From Felis catus (Eukaryota), in the NCBI RefSeq assembly GCF_018350175.1, contig NC_058368.1, positions 47,556,001 to 47,620,000 of the forward strand: a stretch of DNA of 64,000 bases, written 5' to 3'. The first letter of the stretch is position 1. Every line of letters starts with the position of its first letter. The translations under genes and the position numbers were made by a program. Under the pieces are notes generated by a model that worked only from the letters and a program-made list of their open reading frames with translations, was not told where the DNA came from and did not search any database. This document shows positions 25,370-39,757 of this stretch, piece after piece.

Positions 25370-27492
25370 AAGAAGCCAGTTGTGTTTCTGTATACTAGCA
25401 ACAAGCAGTTGAAAATTGGAAATTAAAAGTTCTTAAAAATCTCATTTGTAGTAGCATCAAAAATATTAAAAAATATTAAATACTTAAAAATATTAAGTAT
25501 TTATAGTATAACTATTTAAGTATAGTATATACTTAAATATTAAGTATTAATAGTATTAATATTAATCATTAGTATTAATACTTAGTATTAAGTATTTATA
25601 GTATATACTTAAATATTAAGTATTTAAGTATAGTATAAGTATTAAGTAGGTATAAATACTTAAAAAATATTAAAAACTTAAAGATGAAATAAATTAAGAA
25701 GCAAGCACAAGCTGTATACTGAAAACTAGTAAATATTGCTGAGAAAAAGTAACGCAGACTTAAATAAGTGGAGAGATAAACCATGTTTATAGAATGAAAC
25801 ATTCAGTGTTGGTAAAGTATCAGGTGTGCCCAAACTGATTAACAGATTAAGTGCAATCCTGATGAAAAAGTAAGCAAGTTGTTTGTTTGTTTTTGTAGAA
25901 TTGACAAGCTAACCTAAAATATACATGGAAATTCACAGACCCAGAATATCCAAAACAGTTTTTAAGAAGAATGAAAGTGCCAGGGTAATTCAAGGAATTG
26001 TTGAATTCAACATGCTGGAATATTTTTATATCCATATACAAGAAATTGAACTTCAACCCTTACCTCACATAAAATACAAAAATTAATTTGTAATCACTTA
26101 CAGATCTAAATACAGGAAGTCAGACTTAGAAAACTAGAAAAAGCAGGGGCGCCTGGGTGGTTCAGTCGGTTGGGCGTCTGACTTCGGCTCAGGTCATGAT
26201 CTCACAGTTTGTGAGTTCGAGCCCCGCGTCAGGCTCCATGCTGACAGCTCGGGGCCCGGAGCCTCCTTCTGATTCTGCATCTCCCTCTCTCTCTCTGCCC
26301 CCCCACCCCCACTCATGCTCTGTCTCTTTCTCTCAAAAATAAGCAAACATTAAAAAAAAGTAATTAAAAAAAAGAAAACTAGAAAAAGCATAAGAGAAAA
26401 TCTTAGTAACCTTAAGTTAATCAAAGATTACATAGACACACACACACACACACACACAAAAAGATTACATAGACACAGAGAGCATGAACCATAAAGAAAA
26501 AACTTTTGTTACATTGGATTTCATCAAAATAAGAATATTTTGTTCTTCTGATAAGAAAGGAAAAGGCAAGCCACAGACTTGAAAATATTTGCCAAATACA
26601 CATGTGATAAGTATCCAGAACTCTTACAACTCAAGAAGACAAACTGCCTGCCTTAAAAAAAATTTTTTTAATGGCCAAGGGTTTGAATAGGTACTTTACA
26701 AAAGAAGAAATGTAAATGACCAATAAGCAAAATAAAAGATGCCCAACATCAGGGAAAATGAAGACTAAAATCGCAATTAGATACCACTACAACTACTAGA
26801 ATGGCTAGATTTTAAGACTGATACTACCAGATGTTGGCAAGATCGTGGATCAGCTGGACCATCCATTGCTTGTATGAATGCATAACCCATACAGTCACTT
26901 TGGAAAACGATTTGGCAGTTTTATGATATACTTATTGTATGATCCAGCAATTCTATTTCTATTTACTTACCCAAGAGAAATAAAAACATGTCCACACAGG
27001 AATTGTATGTCAGTGCTTTTTGGCAGCTTTATTCGTAATGGCCCCAAACTGAAAACAACCCAACGTGCATCAGCTAGCGAATGAATGAACAAATTTTGAC
27101 ACATACCATCGTGGACTACTGCTTAGCATTAAAGAAGAACAGACTACTCATACATGCAACAACATGGATTAATCTTTTAAAAAGCACTTTGTTGAATGAA
27201 TGAAGCAGACACAAAAGATTACATACTGTTTGATTCCATTTATGTGACATTCTGGAAAAGGCAAAACTAATGACAAAGCAGATCAGTGGTAGCCAGGAAC
27301 CAGAAGTAGGATGGAGGAATTGACTTCAAAGCAGCACAGAAAATCTGGGGGAGATGATGGAAATGTTCTGTATCATGATTGTTGTGGTCACAATTACGTG
27401 ACTGTAGACATGTTGTCAAAATTCATAGACCTGTATGTACACTTACAAGTGGTGAATTTTACATATGTAAATTATATCCCAATAAAGCTTTT
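25370..27492 (+). mobile_element. Old eutherian L1 (L1MB/MC/MD-like) ORF2 3' part and 3' UTR, with a SINE at 26146
   Basis: tttctgtatactagcaac, aaaagatgcccaacatc, gatccagcaattcta, tgattccatttatgtgacattctggaaaaggcaaaact; ends ccaataaagc. Confidence 0.85.
26146..26372 (+). mobile_element. Can-SINE
   Basis: Perfect TSD agaaaactagaaaaagca. Confidence 0.92.
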
Positions 27493-27606
27493 AAGTGAGG
27501 GGAAAAAAAGAATAGGCAGTGGATGGTTGTGCCAATATTCAAATCTCTACTTTTATGGCAGGGGTGGAAGGGTAAACCAAAAAAATCATTAAAAATTTAA
27601 GATCTC

Positions 27607-27826
27607 GGGGCGCTTGGGTGGCTCAGTCGGTTGGGCGTCCGACTTCAGCTCAGGTCATGATCTCACAGTCTGTGAGTTCAAGCCCCGCGTCGGGCTCTGT
27701 GCTGACAGCTCAGAGCCTGGAACCTGCTTCGGATTCTGTGTCTCCCTCTCTCTCTGCCCCTCCCCTGCTCATGCTCTGTCTCTCTCTGTCTCAAAAATAA
27801 AAACATTAAAAAAAATTTTTTTTTTA
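27607..27826 (+). mobile_element. Can-SINE
   Basis: TSD aatttaagatctc. Confidence 0.92.
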
Positions 27827-28222
27827 ATTTAAGATCTCTGTTTTCAGATGACTTTTGAAAGTGGAAACTAGCTTGCAAGAGGTTAAATTGTGAAGATACA
27901 GAAGCAGCAACTGTAAACAAATGGGTAAAGGGGTGAGGGACCATTAGCTTAACAGGATAGGATAGCTTAACAGAGTTAGGTAAAAGTTGAGCTTTTTACT
28001 CTTTTTTAGGACACAGGATTACTAAGCATGTTTGTGAGCAGAAGAGAGGCACTTTGAAAGGAAAAGTTTGAAAATGTAATCAGGAAGTGATCATTGAGAA
28101 GTTAAAGTGTTGCAGTATCAAGAGGTTAAATGGAGAATTGTGATCCTTGAATCAGAGAAGGAGTGTTATATAGGAGTGTAGGAAAAGAAAGGAAAACAGG
28201 GTAAAAAGAGGTTTTTCCTCGA

Positions 28223-28447
28223 GGAGCGCCTTCAAGGCTCAGTTGGTTGAGCGTCTGACATGGGCTCAGGTCATGATCTCAGAGTTTGTGAGTTCAAGCC
28301 CTGTATCAGGCTTGCTGCTGTCAGTGCAGAGCCTGCTTCAGATCTTCTGTTCCCCCTCTCTCTCTCTTTGTCTCTCCCCCCGCTCCTGCTCACATCTCCT
28401 CTCTCTCAAAAATAAATAAAACATTTTCAAAAAGCTTTTTAAAAATA
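28223..28447 (+). mobile_element. Can-SINE
   Basis: TSD aagaggtttt. Confidence 0.88.
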
Positions 28448-28714
28448 TAAGAGGTTTTGAGTTAGAAGGGAACCAGAAGGAACCTTTGCTGGATAGATAC
28501 TGATCTCAATGAAGAGAAAGCCAAATAAGAATGAAGTGGGCTCTGAATGATCTGAAAGACTTAATAAAAAACAACAATTTTTAGAACAACCAGTAGAGAG
28601 AATATACTGGCCTAATAGATGTGAATAAATTTATTCCAAGCAGCAGTAAGAGCCAGGTCATGGGCTTGATCAGCATGCTGTCACTAATGTTCTGCAGCTT
28701 CTTTTAATTCAAAT

Positions 28715-29052
28715 CAGAGATTGACAGTGCAAACCAGTGGCAGACCAAATCCAATCTGCCATCTGGTTTTCTGCAACTTGCAGGCTAAGAATGGTTTTTG
28801 TATTTTTTAGTTATTAGGAACAAAATCAAAAGAAGAAGAATACATCATAATGCATGAAAATTATATTAACTTCAAATATTAGTGTCCATAAAGTTTTATT
28901 GAAACACAACTATACTCATTGGTTTATATATATACAGTTGGCTTTTGTGCTAACAAGTGCACAGGTGGTTTGTTGCAACAGAGATCATATGGCCTATAAA
29001 GCCTAACATTTTTACTCCTCTGGCCCTTTATAGAAAAACTTTGCTGCCCCAT
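28715..29052 (+). mobile_element. MER58B-like hAT-Charlie element
   Basis: gctaagaatggttttt..agtgtccataaagttttattgaaacac..ctggccctttatagaaaaactttgctgcccc. Confidence 0.8.
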
Positions 29053-29519
29053 TTATCTAAAGCATTCATGCCAGCTTTTCAACAGCTGAAATTAAGTAGC
29101 AGTGTTCACTAACCAGTTATCCATCTCTTCCTCTACAACCATTCACAGGTCTTAGTAGATACATCACCATTTATAGAGTCCTTCCCAGGTATCAGCAGTG
29201 CTGTTTCCCATGTTGAGGAAATGGAAAAGTATATGACTTTGAAGACAGTTCTGCTTCCTGGTAAGGCTAACTTAACATTCCACCAACTGGAAGAAAATCA
29301 AATTCTATGCATCTAAAATTTCCATATTTTAAACAATTAAAACATGTCACTGTTCATAGGCAAACATATGAAACATGATGGGACATTTTGGCTAGACTGA
29401 AAAATGGAACTGTTTGGCCAAAAAAAAGCATGTAAGGTCACTTATCATTTTTCCCACAACCAGCTTTATTGTTTTTTTTTTTTAAGGAATCTTTAAGGAA
29501 TTCTTGAATATTTCATTTT

Positions 29520-29710
29520 ATTCAGCAACTACTAACATAGTACTTAACTGTACCAGCACTTTTAAGTATTTTACTAATATTAACTCATTTAATCTTCTTA
29601 TGATAAGATTGTTATTATCCCCATGTTACAGATACACAAACTGAGACAGGTAGTAAGGGGCAGGTGTAGAATTTGAACCCACACATCTGGCTTCAGAATC
29701 CTTGCTTACT
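29520..29710 (-). mobile_element. MIR fossil
   Basis: attaactcatttaatcttc..ttattatccccatgttacagat..aaactgagacag. Confidence 0.65.
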
Positions 29711-30006
29711 TGAGTTACATGTAAACATGTAAAATTACATTATGTAAACAAACTCTTCAGTCTCATCACATGAACCTTCAAGATCACCTGAGGCACTTTC
29801 TGAATTGTCTTACACAGTTTTCCAAGACACGTCACCTTTACTGCTTCTTAAATTTTTTCACTGACTCCCTTGGTGATACTGTCACTGAATTTTTATCTTT
29901 AGACACAAGTATCCATTCAAATAAAAAAATTTTGTTTCTTCTTTTGGTATGTTTGTGATCTTCAGAATGTGATTGACTTAGATATCTTTTTAAAGTAATC
30001 CTTAAA

Positions 30007-30226
30007 GGGGCGCCTGGGTGGCTCAGTCGGTTGAGAGACTGACTTCGGCTCAGGTCATGAGCTCATGGTTTGTGAGTTCGAGCCCCGCGTCGGGCTCTGT
30101 GCTGGCAGCTCAGAACCTGGAGCCTGCTTCTGATTCTGTGTCTCTCTCTGCCCCTCCCTCACTCATGCTCTGTCTCTCTCTGTCTCAGAAATAAATAAAC
30201 ATTAAAAAAAAATTAAAAAAAAATAA
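30007..30226 (+). mobile_element. Can-SINE
   Basis: TSD taaagtaatccttaaag. Confidence 0.92.
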
Positions 30227-32822
30227 ATAAAGTAATCCTTAAAGCCTGTTTCCAGTGTAGTTGTAAAGCTGCATCCTAGAAATATTTATGAAACCAATGC
30301 GAAATGTCTTTGATTTCGTGTTTATAGATTCCTTCAAATGAACAGTATCAGCATTCAGAATTTGTGTTGATTATGGTCTTTGCAAGCCAATGTGTCTTCC
30401 CTAAAAAGTATTTTATTTTTCAAGATAAAGTAGTTGAGAGAATACTCAGATTTTATAAGAACTCAAAAAAGTGACCCCCTTTTTGTCTTAAGAATAATTT
30501 TGAAGGAAAAGTGTTATCTTACATTCACTCCTAATTGGTAGGACACAGAGCCAAAGCAAAGGGAAATAACCTCTCAACTTCCTTCTGTGACAGCCATAGC
30601 ACCCTCTAATGACCTTCAACCCTCCTTAAACTTCTGACCTAACACACAGGTTTTCCTCTGCCCAGGTGGAGCCTTTGTGTGTTTTATTTTTTTTGTGGGA
30701 GCCCTCACCTGTTTTCTTCTCTGTTCACCTTTCAGTCATATTCTTTGTCTCTAGTCTCTTCCTCCTGTAGCTGTCTGTGTCCATATGTACTTGCCAATGG
30801 TGTGTTGTGAAACATTGTGTGTGGATTTTGGGTACATGCTTTATTTTAACTTTGTTAAAATATTTTTTTCTTTCTTGGATACAGTACGTTAAGGTGTAAG
30901 AACCCAGAAATTTGAGGCAGTCTTGGATGCAAACTCCAGCATTACTACTTAGTTGGGCAAATTAATTAACCTTTCTGAGTCATTTTATTTCTAAAAAGAA
31001 TGATCCTAAATTCTATGTTAGAGTTTTAGAGATGGTTACATGAAAAGAAAAATACATATACATGGAAAGCAAATATAAATCTAAGGCACTGCAGTGTTTG
31101 GTGCCTTTCCTTTGTATTGATCTCTACACATGCTGACAAGCCATACCAGTTCACATTTTTTCTTCATAAATGCCTTTAGGGTTCTGTGACCACAGGTCCC
31201 TCAACCACTTCTTTGGATCTTGGTTACAAAAGCAAGTGAGAGAAAAGGAAGAGACAGGGCAATAATAAAAGCACCAATTTTCTACCAACCTAGAAAGGAG
31301 GAGCAATAGTTTTTGAGATGGGGAAGCATAGGAACTGTGTAGGGAGAAGAGTGAGGGCTAAGAAAATATTTAAGAGGAAAAGGCACTTCTTCAAAATAAT
31401 AATTGTAGGATGTTAAAATGTTAATATTTTCATTCAATTACTATTTATTGAGTTTCTTTGATTATGTTGGGTACTTTATTATTTCATTTTTATCCTGAAT
31501 GTATGCATGTAGCCATAAGTAGATTGCTAAATAGATACGTTGGGATGTAGACATTTTCCAGAATTTTATAAGTGTTCTCATTTGATAAATAACTATAGAA
31601 AATAAAAATCTGATTATAACATGATATGTGTTAACTAACTGTGTAAACTGGCATAATAGTATATTTTGTATCTGCTTTTTTGAAAATCCCAAGGTAGTAG
31701 TTTACAGAAAAAACTAATAAGCAGTTGTTTAGTCCATTAAGCCTGATGAGAGAAATTTAGAGATGGGGAAGTACACCTAACAAAGTGATGTAGTTCTTTT
31801 CATTATTGTCTTATGTTTTCTTCATTCTCTTTTACATGCCCTCATGATAGACCTCGTTATATTCTTGTGGGTAAGCTAGTGAGTTGCGCTTACATTCCTA
31901 AAATTGTGTGTACATTTTGCCACTACTTTAACTCATTACAAATCTTAGGTATATCTCACTGTCATATCACACTAACTTTGCTTCCTCTTTTGCATTTGTT
32001 TTTAAAATGTTTTTAAGATGTTGTCATGTCTCCAACACGTTAGTCATTAACCAAACTGTACAGTGTTAGAAACTTTAATCTTTTTTGTAGTTCAGCTATA
32101 CCTATCCTGTAATCATTTTGGTTTCTTTTTTCTTCACTCCCTATAATTTGTTTTCATCCTACACTGACACCTAAACCTGGAAATAATCATGTTGATTCAC
32201 TGGTTTTGTCATACTTCAGAAAAGACTACCCCTTATCCAATTAATTTATGATACTTTAGTGTTTTTTACCCTGGCTTGAACATATTTAGTAATTTAAACT
32301 GTATGACACCTAAAAATGGTTAATAGGACTTCATTCTTTAATTCTGTAAACATTCATTAAAAGCTTGTGATATATACCAGGTGATATACTAGATCCTAAG
32401 AATCCAAAGGTGCATTAAACAACAGTCTTGAACTTGAGTAACTTACATTTTTTTTTAATTGTACAAGGCACTGTGTGAGCATTTTACTTATATTAGCCCA
32501 TTTTATCACTCAGAACTCAACATTCCCAAGTCTGTCCTCAAGGATTTTGATTCAGTAGGTCTAAGGTAGAGTCATGATATCTAGAGTTCTTAGAAGTTCC
32601 ACAAGGAGTTCTGTTGGTTATCCTTGGTTGGTGGAGATAAAATGAAGCTTAGGGTCGTGCTCACCCTTGGAAAAGAGAAAGTCTTGCTAATGGTTCAGCT
32701 CTACCCAGGACTCTGGTTTCTAAATCCCTATTCAGGAGTTTCCTAGAATCCTCATGGAATTCTGTATCCTCTCAGAATAGTTTTGTGTTAAGATTTGTAG
32801 TGTTTGCCTGGTGTTTTTCAAG

Positions 32823-35192
32823 TTTTTATTTAAATTCTACTTTGTTAACATATATGGTAAAATTGGTTTCAGGTGTAGAATTTAGTGACTTATCACTTAC
32901 ATATAACACTCAGTGCCATCACAATAAGTGCCCCCCTTAATACCCATCACCCATTTGGCCCATTACCCCACCCACCTCCCTCCATCAACTCTCAGTTTGT
33001 TCTCTATAGTTAAGTCTCTTATGGTTTGCTTCCCTCTTGCTTTTTATTCCCTTTCCCCTCTACTTATCTGTTCTGTTCTTTTTTTTTTAATTCCACATAT
33101 GAGTGATATCATACAGTATTTGTCTTTCTATGACTGGCTTATTTCAGTCAGCATAATACACTCTAGCTCTAACCACATTATTGCAAAAACACTTTCATTA
33201 TTTTTTATGGCAGAGTAATACTCCATATTGTGTGTGGGGGGGTGTGGGGGGGGGTGTGTGTACGTACACGCATGCATACCGCTTTACCCATTCATCAGTC
33301 AGTGGACATTTGGACTCTTTCCATAGTTTGGCTACTGTTGATAATGCTGCTATAAACATTGGGATGCATGTATCCCTTCGAATCAGTATTTTGTATTCTT
33401 TGGGTAAATTCCTGGGTCTTAGGGTAGTTCTATTTTTAACTTTTTGAGGAACCTCCATGCTGTTTTCCAGAGTGGCTACACCAGTTTACATTCCCACCAG
33501 CAGTGCAAAAGGGTTCCTCTTTCTCCGTATCCTTGCTAATATCTGTTGTTCTCTGTGTTGTTAATTTTAGCCATTTTGACAGGCATGAGGTGGTATCTCA
33601 TTGTGGTTTTGATTTGTATTTCCCTGATAATGAATGATGGTGTGCATCTGGATGCTTTCTTTTGAAAAAGTGTCTACTCTTGTCTTTTGCCCATTTCTTC
33701 ACTGGATTTACTTGTTTTTTGGGTGTTAAGTTTGATAAATGTTATATAGATTTTGGATACTAACCCTTTATCAGATATGTCATTTGGAGATATCTTCTCC
33801 ATCAGTTGTCTATTTAGTTTTGCTGATTGTTTCCTTCACTGTGCAGAAGCTTTTTATCTTGATGAAGTCCCAGTAGTTTGTCTTTGCTTTTGTTTCCCTT
33901 GCCTCCAGAGATGTGTCTAGTAAGAAGTTGCTGCGGCTGAAGTCATGAAGGTCGCTGCCTGTATTTTCCTCTAGGAATTTGATTGTTTCCTGTCTCACAT
34001 TTTAGATCTTTCATCTGTTTTCAGTTTATTTTTGTGTATGGTATAAGAAAGTGGTCCAGGTTCATTCTTCTTCATGTTGCTGTCCAGTTTCCCCAACACC
34101 ATTTGCTGAAATGACTGTCTTTCTTCCATTGGATGTTCTTTCCTGCTTTATCAAAGATTAGTTGACCATACAGTTGTGGGTCCATTTCTAGGTTTTCTGT
34201 TCTGTTCCGTTGGTCTATGTATCTGTTTTTGTGCCGGTACCATACTGCCTTGATCACTACAGCTTTGTAACATAGCTTGAAATCCAGAATTGTGATGCCT
34301 CCAGCTTTGTGCTTTGTTTTTTGTTTTTGTTTGTTTATTTGTTTTTTTCAAGTTTGCTTTGGCTATTCATGGTCTTTTGTGGTTCCATACAAATTTTAGG
34401 ATTGTTTGTACTAGCCCTGTGAAAAATGCTGGTGGTATTTTGATAGAGATTGCATTAAATAGGTAGATTGCTTTGGGTAGTATAGACAGTTTAACAGTAT
34501 TTGTTCTTCTAATGCATGAGCATGGAATGTTTTCCATTTCTTAGTGTCCTCTTCAGTTTCTTTCAGAAGTATACTTTTCAGAGTATAGATCTTTTACCTC
34601 TTTGATTAGGTTTATTCCTACATATCTTACAGTTTTTGGTACAAATGTGAAGGGGATCGATTCCTTGATTTCTCTTTCTGCTGCTTCAATGTTGGTGTAT
34701 AAAAATGCAACAGATATCTGTACATTGATTTTACTCCTGCGACTTTTCTGAATTCGTGTATCAGTTCTAGTGATTTTTTGGTGTAGTCTTGGGTTTTCTA
34801 CATGTCATTTGCGAGTAGTGAAAGTTTGACTTCTTCCTTGCCAATTTGGATGCCTTTTGTTTCTTTTTGTTGTCTAATTGCTGAAGCTAGTACTTCCAGT
34901 ACAATGTTAAATAACAATGGTGAGAGTGGACATCCCTGTGTTGTTCCTGACTGTAGAGAAAAAGCTCTGTTTTTCCCCATTGAGGATATTAGCTGTGGGT
35001 CTTTTGTGTATGGCCTTTATGATCTTGAGGTATGTTCCCTCTATCCCTACTTTGATGAGGGTTTTTATCAAGAAACGAGCCTATATTTTGTCAAATGCTT
35101 TTTCTGCATCTATTGAGAGGATCATATGGTTCATATGCTTTCTTTTATTAATGTGGTATATCATGTTGATTGATTTGCGAATATTGAACCAG
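32823..35192 (-). mobile_element. 5'-truncated carnivore L1 (ORF2 RT to C-terminus + 3' UTR)
   Basis: ORFs 34798(-) [26 protein letters not shown], 34072(-) and 33198(-) are L1 ORF2; several frameshifts. Confidence 0.94.
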
Positions 35193-37061
35193 AGGTGCAG
35201 CTTTAAATGGAAGTTGGTCTAAATAAATATCTTTTACAACTGTGGTAAATTGATTTCCTTCTTTGAGCTATATATTATGGAAAACTATGATTGGCCTCCA
35301 TTCTATTGTTCATACTTGATACTAGTTCATAAAAGCATCCTCTAAAAGCACCTTTTCTTGTGACTTTTTTTCTTAGAGTGGTTTTAGGTTCACAGCAAAA
35401 TCAAGAAGAAACTACAGAGATCCTATAACTATTTTGGATTCCGTGTTATATATTCTGATTTTTTTAATGTACCCTAACATTCTGCAGTATGTATTAAAGG
35501 CAGCAGGAAATAGTTTGAGTGCTGTCAAGCACTGATGTAATAAATACTCTTGGTTCGGAGGATGATTCAAGCTCAATTTTAAGTGTTTGTTGTCACGTTG
35601 CCACATAAGGCAAAATAGCTACCCATACAAACACTATTATAAAATATTTCTCTCTAATTTTATCTCATGCATGCTTTGATTTATTTTAAGGCAACATTCC
35701 TCTCATTTATTTCACTTAAGTACTTTTATCCTCACATACCTGCAGTACCTATTTTTTGCCTTTATAAGATGGCCAAATATTACCACATATTGTTTATTAA
35801 TGACATTACATATTTTATTTGATCATGATATGATAGATGCATTGAATTACTCTAAATGCATGCTTGAAATTCTTATAAATCCATGGTGCAGTTGTTAAAC
35901 ATACTCAGCGTTTTTAACCCAGCAAAAAAAGATTTCTCACATGCATGTAAGAATTAGTTTGTAAGCCAAAAATGACAGATGTAGTATTACAGCTGAGCAG
36001 TGAACTTGCTGAAGAAATCATCTAAATGGCAGAAACATTTGGAGAAATACCCAAGTGCCTTTTAAATTCCTTTCTCTTGTCCTATAGTAACCAGTGTTGC
36101 AACAATGATGATTATTTTTATAAATTTTCTCTATCTGCTTTCTTTTCAATTTAGAAAATTTAACAACTGAAAGGAAAAGATCAGAATTACCAGAACTCTG
36201 ATTCTCTATAATTTTATATGCATATTTTTGAACTTAAGTAATTACTCTCCTGATTTTTATTAAAAATAGTTCTGATTCGGTATCAAGGAATATATTTTAA
36301 AATTTACTGGTATCGAGATAATAAGTGAGAGAAAGTAGTTGGTGGAACAAATAACAATAATGCAAAAAAATCTCTAAAATAACATTTTCTATTTTGATCT
36401 CAATGAAAAGAAAGCAATTTCAGATAAATAATATGTACAAATTGTCATGGGGTTTGTTTGCTTTAGGGTTTTTGTTTTTTGTTTTTTGCATGTTTCAGGG
36501 GTTTTGGAGCATTTTGGTTTTTGGTTTTTGTTTTGTTTTGTTTTGCTTTTGCTTTTTTGAAGTACCCATTAAGTACTGTAGATTGGGTATGGTAGAACAC
36601 CAGTGCTTATTCTTGGGATCAGAGATCTCTCATACAGTTTCAGGATATTAAAAAACTAACCAACCAAGACTTACTCTACTAGACGTTGATACTACATACT
36701 TCATACCTTACTTGGTTAATAACACTTTATTATGAGAAGTAAAATAGATCTGAACCAGAATTATTTATATTGAAGGTAGATAATGTTTCATTTTTTTAAA
36801 TTTGCCTATATCTAAGACTTTTGAGTTGCCGTTAGGAAAATTACTTTTAAGTCAAAAAAAAATCATGTAATATAAAAACAACTTTTACAACAACTTCCCT
36901 TTTCCCAGATATCTTTACCTACAGTGGTACCATTTTTTTTTAAGATTTATGCTTTTTCTTTTCTTTTTACATAAATGTGAGTATCCTTATATGATTTTAG
37001 ATATATTCATAGTACATGTCTAAATATGTATGTTAAGTAATGAGTCAAGTTTATATATTAG

Positions 37062-37264
37062 GTTTATTTTTATTTTTATTTTTTGAGAGAGAGATAAGAG
37101 AGCAAGCCAGAGAGGGGCAGAGAGAACGGGAAACAGAATCCCAAGCAAGTTCCATGCTCTAGCACAGAGCCCGAAGTGGGGCTCATACTCAAAAACTGTG
37201 AGATCATGATCTGAGCCAAAATCAAGAATCAGATGCTCCACCAACTGAGCCACCCAGGTGCCCC
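37062..37264 (-). mobile_element. Can-SINE
   Basis: TSD aagtttatat. Confidence 0.9.
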
Positions 37265-37854
37265 AAGTTTATATGTTTTAAAGAAACACATTAGAATATA
37301 TGGATCCAAAAGAGAATATCCTCTACTAAAACAGGCATATTTGGGGCCCCTACACTTTTCCCAGCCATCCTGGCATTGCTCAGTAGGGTTATTTCATAGT
37401 CCTTGCAGCAGCTCTTAACTGTGAAGGCCTTATTCTCCTTCAAAGATATATTTTGTTTTGAAAATTCAGAGTAAAACCATTGCATTAGGTGGGCGAATAA
37501 ACTGGGTGCTACTATTTGGTGTGAAAAATGAGGTAAGAAATTAGGGAGAATTTAAATGTCTAACAATAGAAAAATACTCAACGGAAAATTATGGGGCCAA
37601 TACTACTTATGAAAGGGGATTAGAAGCATAGAAGCCTTTTAAGTTCTATCAGTGAAAACAAGGACCTCAAACTATATGAAGGTATGATTTACATATATAA
37701 TGTGCATAGTAAACATTTTATGTATGAGAATATCAAAGATTGGTGAGGATGTGGAGAAACCATATTTCATACACTTTTGGTCATGTTTCAATACTATATG
37801 GCTATTTGGAGAAAATTGGGTAAAATCTATGAAAATTTAAAATCCTTTCACCTA

Positions 37855-38100
37855 GGGGCACCTGGGTGGCTCAGTCAGTTAAACGTGTGACTTCAGCTCA
37901 GGTCATGATCTCACTGCTCGGCTCGTGAGTTCGAGCCCCATGTTTATGCTGACAGCTCAGAGCCTGGAGCCTGCTTCGGATTCTGTGTCTCCCTCTCTCT
38001 CTGCCCCTGCCCGGCTCATACTCTCTGTCTCTGCCCCTCCCTAGCTCATACTCTGTCTCTCTCTCCTTCCAAAATAAATAAACATAAAAAAAAAAAAAAA
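37855..38100 (+). mobile_element. Can-SINE with an internal ~30-bp duplication
   Basis: ctctgcccct..gctcatactct occurs twice; degenerate TSD aaatccttt.acc. Confidence 0.9.
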
Positions 38101-38949
38101 TTTAAATCCTTTGACCCAACAATTCTACTTCATGATCTCTCTCCTAGAAAAACATTTACTTGTTCATGGGAAGCATTATTTAGGATAGTCTTGAAAGCAC
38201 TGTATGTAATAAAAAAATTGGAAATAATCTGAACATTCATCAGTTTAGAATTAAATAAATGGATTGAAATTAAATAATCTGTCTGCATTGTGATCACCTC
38301 TATAGCAAATGAAAGGAATGAGGTACAGACAGGGAAAGATCCCAGAACATATTCTTAAGTGAAAAAAATAATATAGAGTATTTGTGACATGATGCCATTT
38401 TTTTAATAAAAAGAAAAAAGAGGCCGATATATCCTTCTGTGTATAATACATGTGCATTGTTTTTAAAAAACTCTGGAAAAATACACAGAAAACTGGTAAC
38501 AGTGTTTATCTCTAAAAGGAGAAATGAAGTTGAGAGTGGTGATGAAAAGGTCTTTAATTGTTATTTGTAATATTTGAAGCTTTCACTCTGAAGAATGGAT
38601 TTGATAAAGTACTTACAGAGTTGAAGATAAATTTGAAAATTTTTAATTGTGCAGAAAAGATGAGAAGGAAATATATAAAAATTTAAACAGCAGTTACCAT
38701 TATGAGCTTATAAATGATATTTTTCTCCTATTATTATATAATCAGTACAAAAATTAAAAAGACATTTTTAAAAAGACACAGGTTATATAAACAGTGAAAG
38801 GACATTTCTTTTGTAGCTTATTAATTACCTAAGTATAAAAATGAAACAGTAACAAAATTGTTTGTTCAAATAAGTATCTATTTCCTAGCCCTGTAAAATA
38901 GTTGCACTCATCCTGATTATCACCAGTTCATTTTTGAAAACTGGGTCCT

Positions 38950-39032
38950 CTTTCTTTTATTTATTTCTTATTTTTTATTTTTTTAGAGAGAGAGTGCATA
39001 TGCACGTACACACGCACATGATCAGGGGAAAA

Positions 39033-39067
<35 letters not shown>

Positions 39068-39197
39068 AGAGAACATCTTAAGCAGACTCCACACTCAGCA
39101 CAGAGCCTGATGCGGGGCTCAATCCCACAACCCTGGGATCATGACCTGAGCCAAAATCAAGAGTAGGATGCTCAACCCTGAGCCATCCATGCTTCCC
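38950..39197 (-). mobile_element. Can-SINE
   Basis: (GA)n; atcatgacctgagccaaaatcaagag. Confidence 0.88.
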
Positions 39198-39439
39198 GCC
39201 TTTTTCTTTTAATTGCAATTCATGTAGATTAGACTCTCTAATAAATCCATTAGTGTAGTTTTGGTGCATAATTTTAACTACTGGTTTAAGTTACCAAGTT
39301 TCAAATAGGAGTGAATGACTTCTTTTGCCTTCATATATTTGATATCCTATCTCTTCTTTAAACAGAAAGTGTCTATATTATATAAATTTTAAATATGATG
39401 CATGGCCTGTAAATGTTTTCTTATTAATCAATTAGTTAA

Positions 39440-39757
39440 ATTCTAAATACAGGTTTTAGTGAACCTAATATGCTTGTCTTTACTCAAATATCACCTTAAC
39501 AGAGAAATGCCTTCCCTGCCCAACCTCTTTAAAATAAGACCACCACTAATATCAATATCATTCCCTATTCCCTCACTCTACATTATTATTATAATTAGAA
39601 TTTATTAGCATTATCACCCTCCATTTGTCACCCTCCATTAGAATGTAAGTTCTTTGAAGAATAGTGATGCTATTTGTGGTTCGCTGGTACCTAATAATTG
39701 ATACCTAACACAGGTGCACAATAAATATTTTTAAGTGAATTAGGTATTGATGAATGA
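39440..39757 (+). mobile_element. L2 3'-end fossil
   Basis: ctcaaatatcacctt..ccttccctgccc..agaatgtaagttctttgaag..caataaatattt..tgaatgaa. Confidence 0.7.

Noticed and set aside
21197..35192. Active L1 or intact reverse transcriptase
   Set aside because: Both copies are 5'-truncated and frameshifted, and the RT motif is decayed (LANDM).
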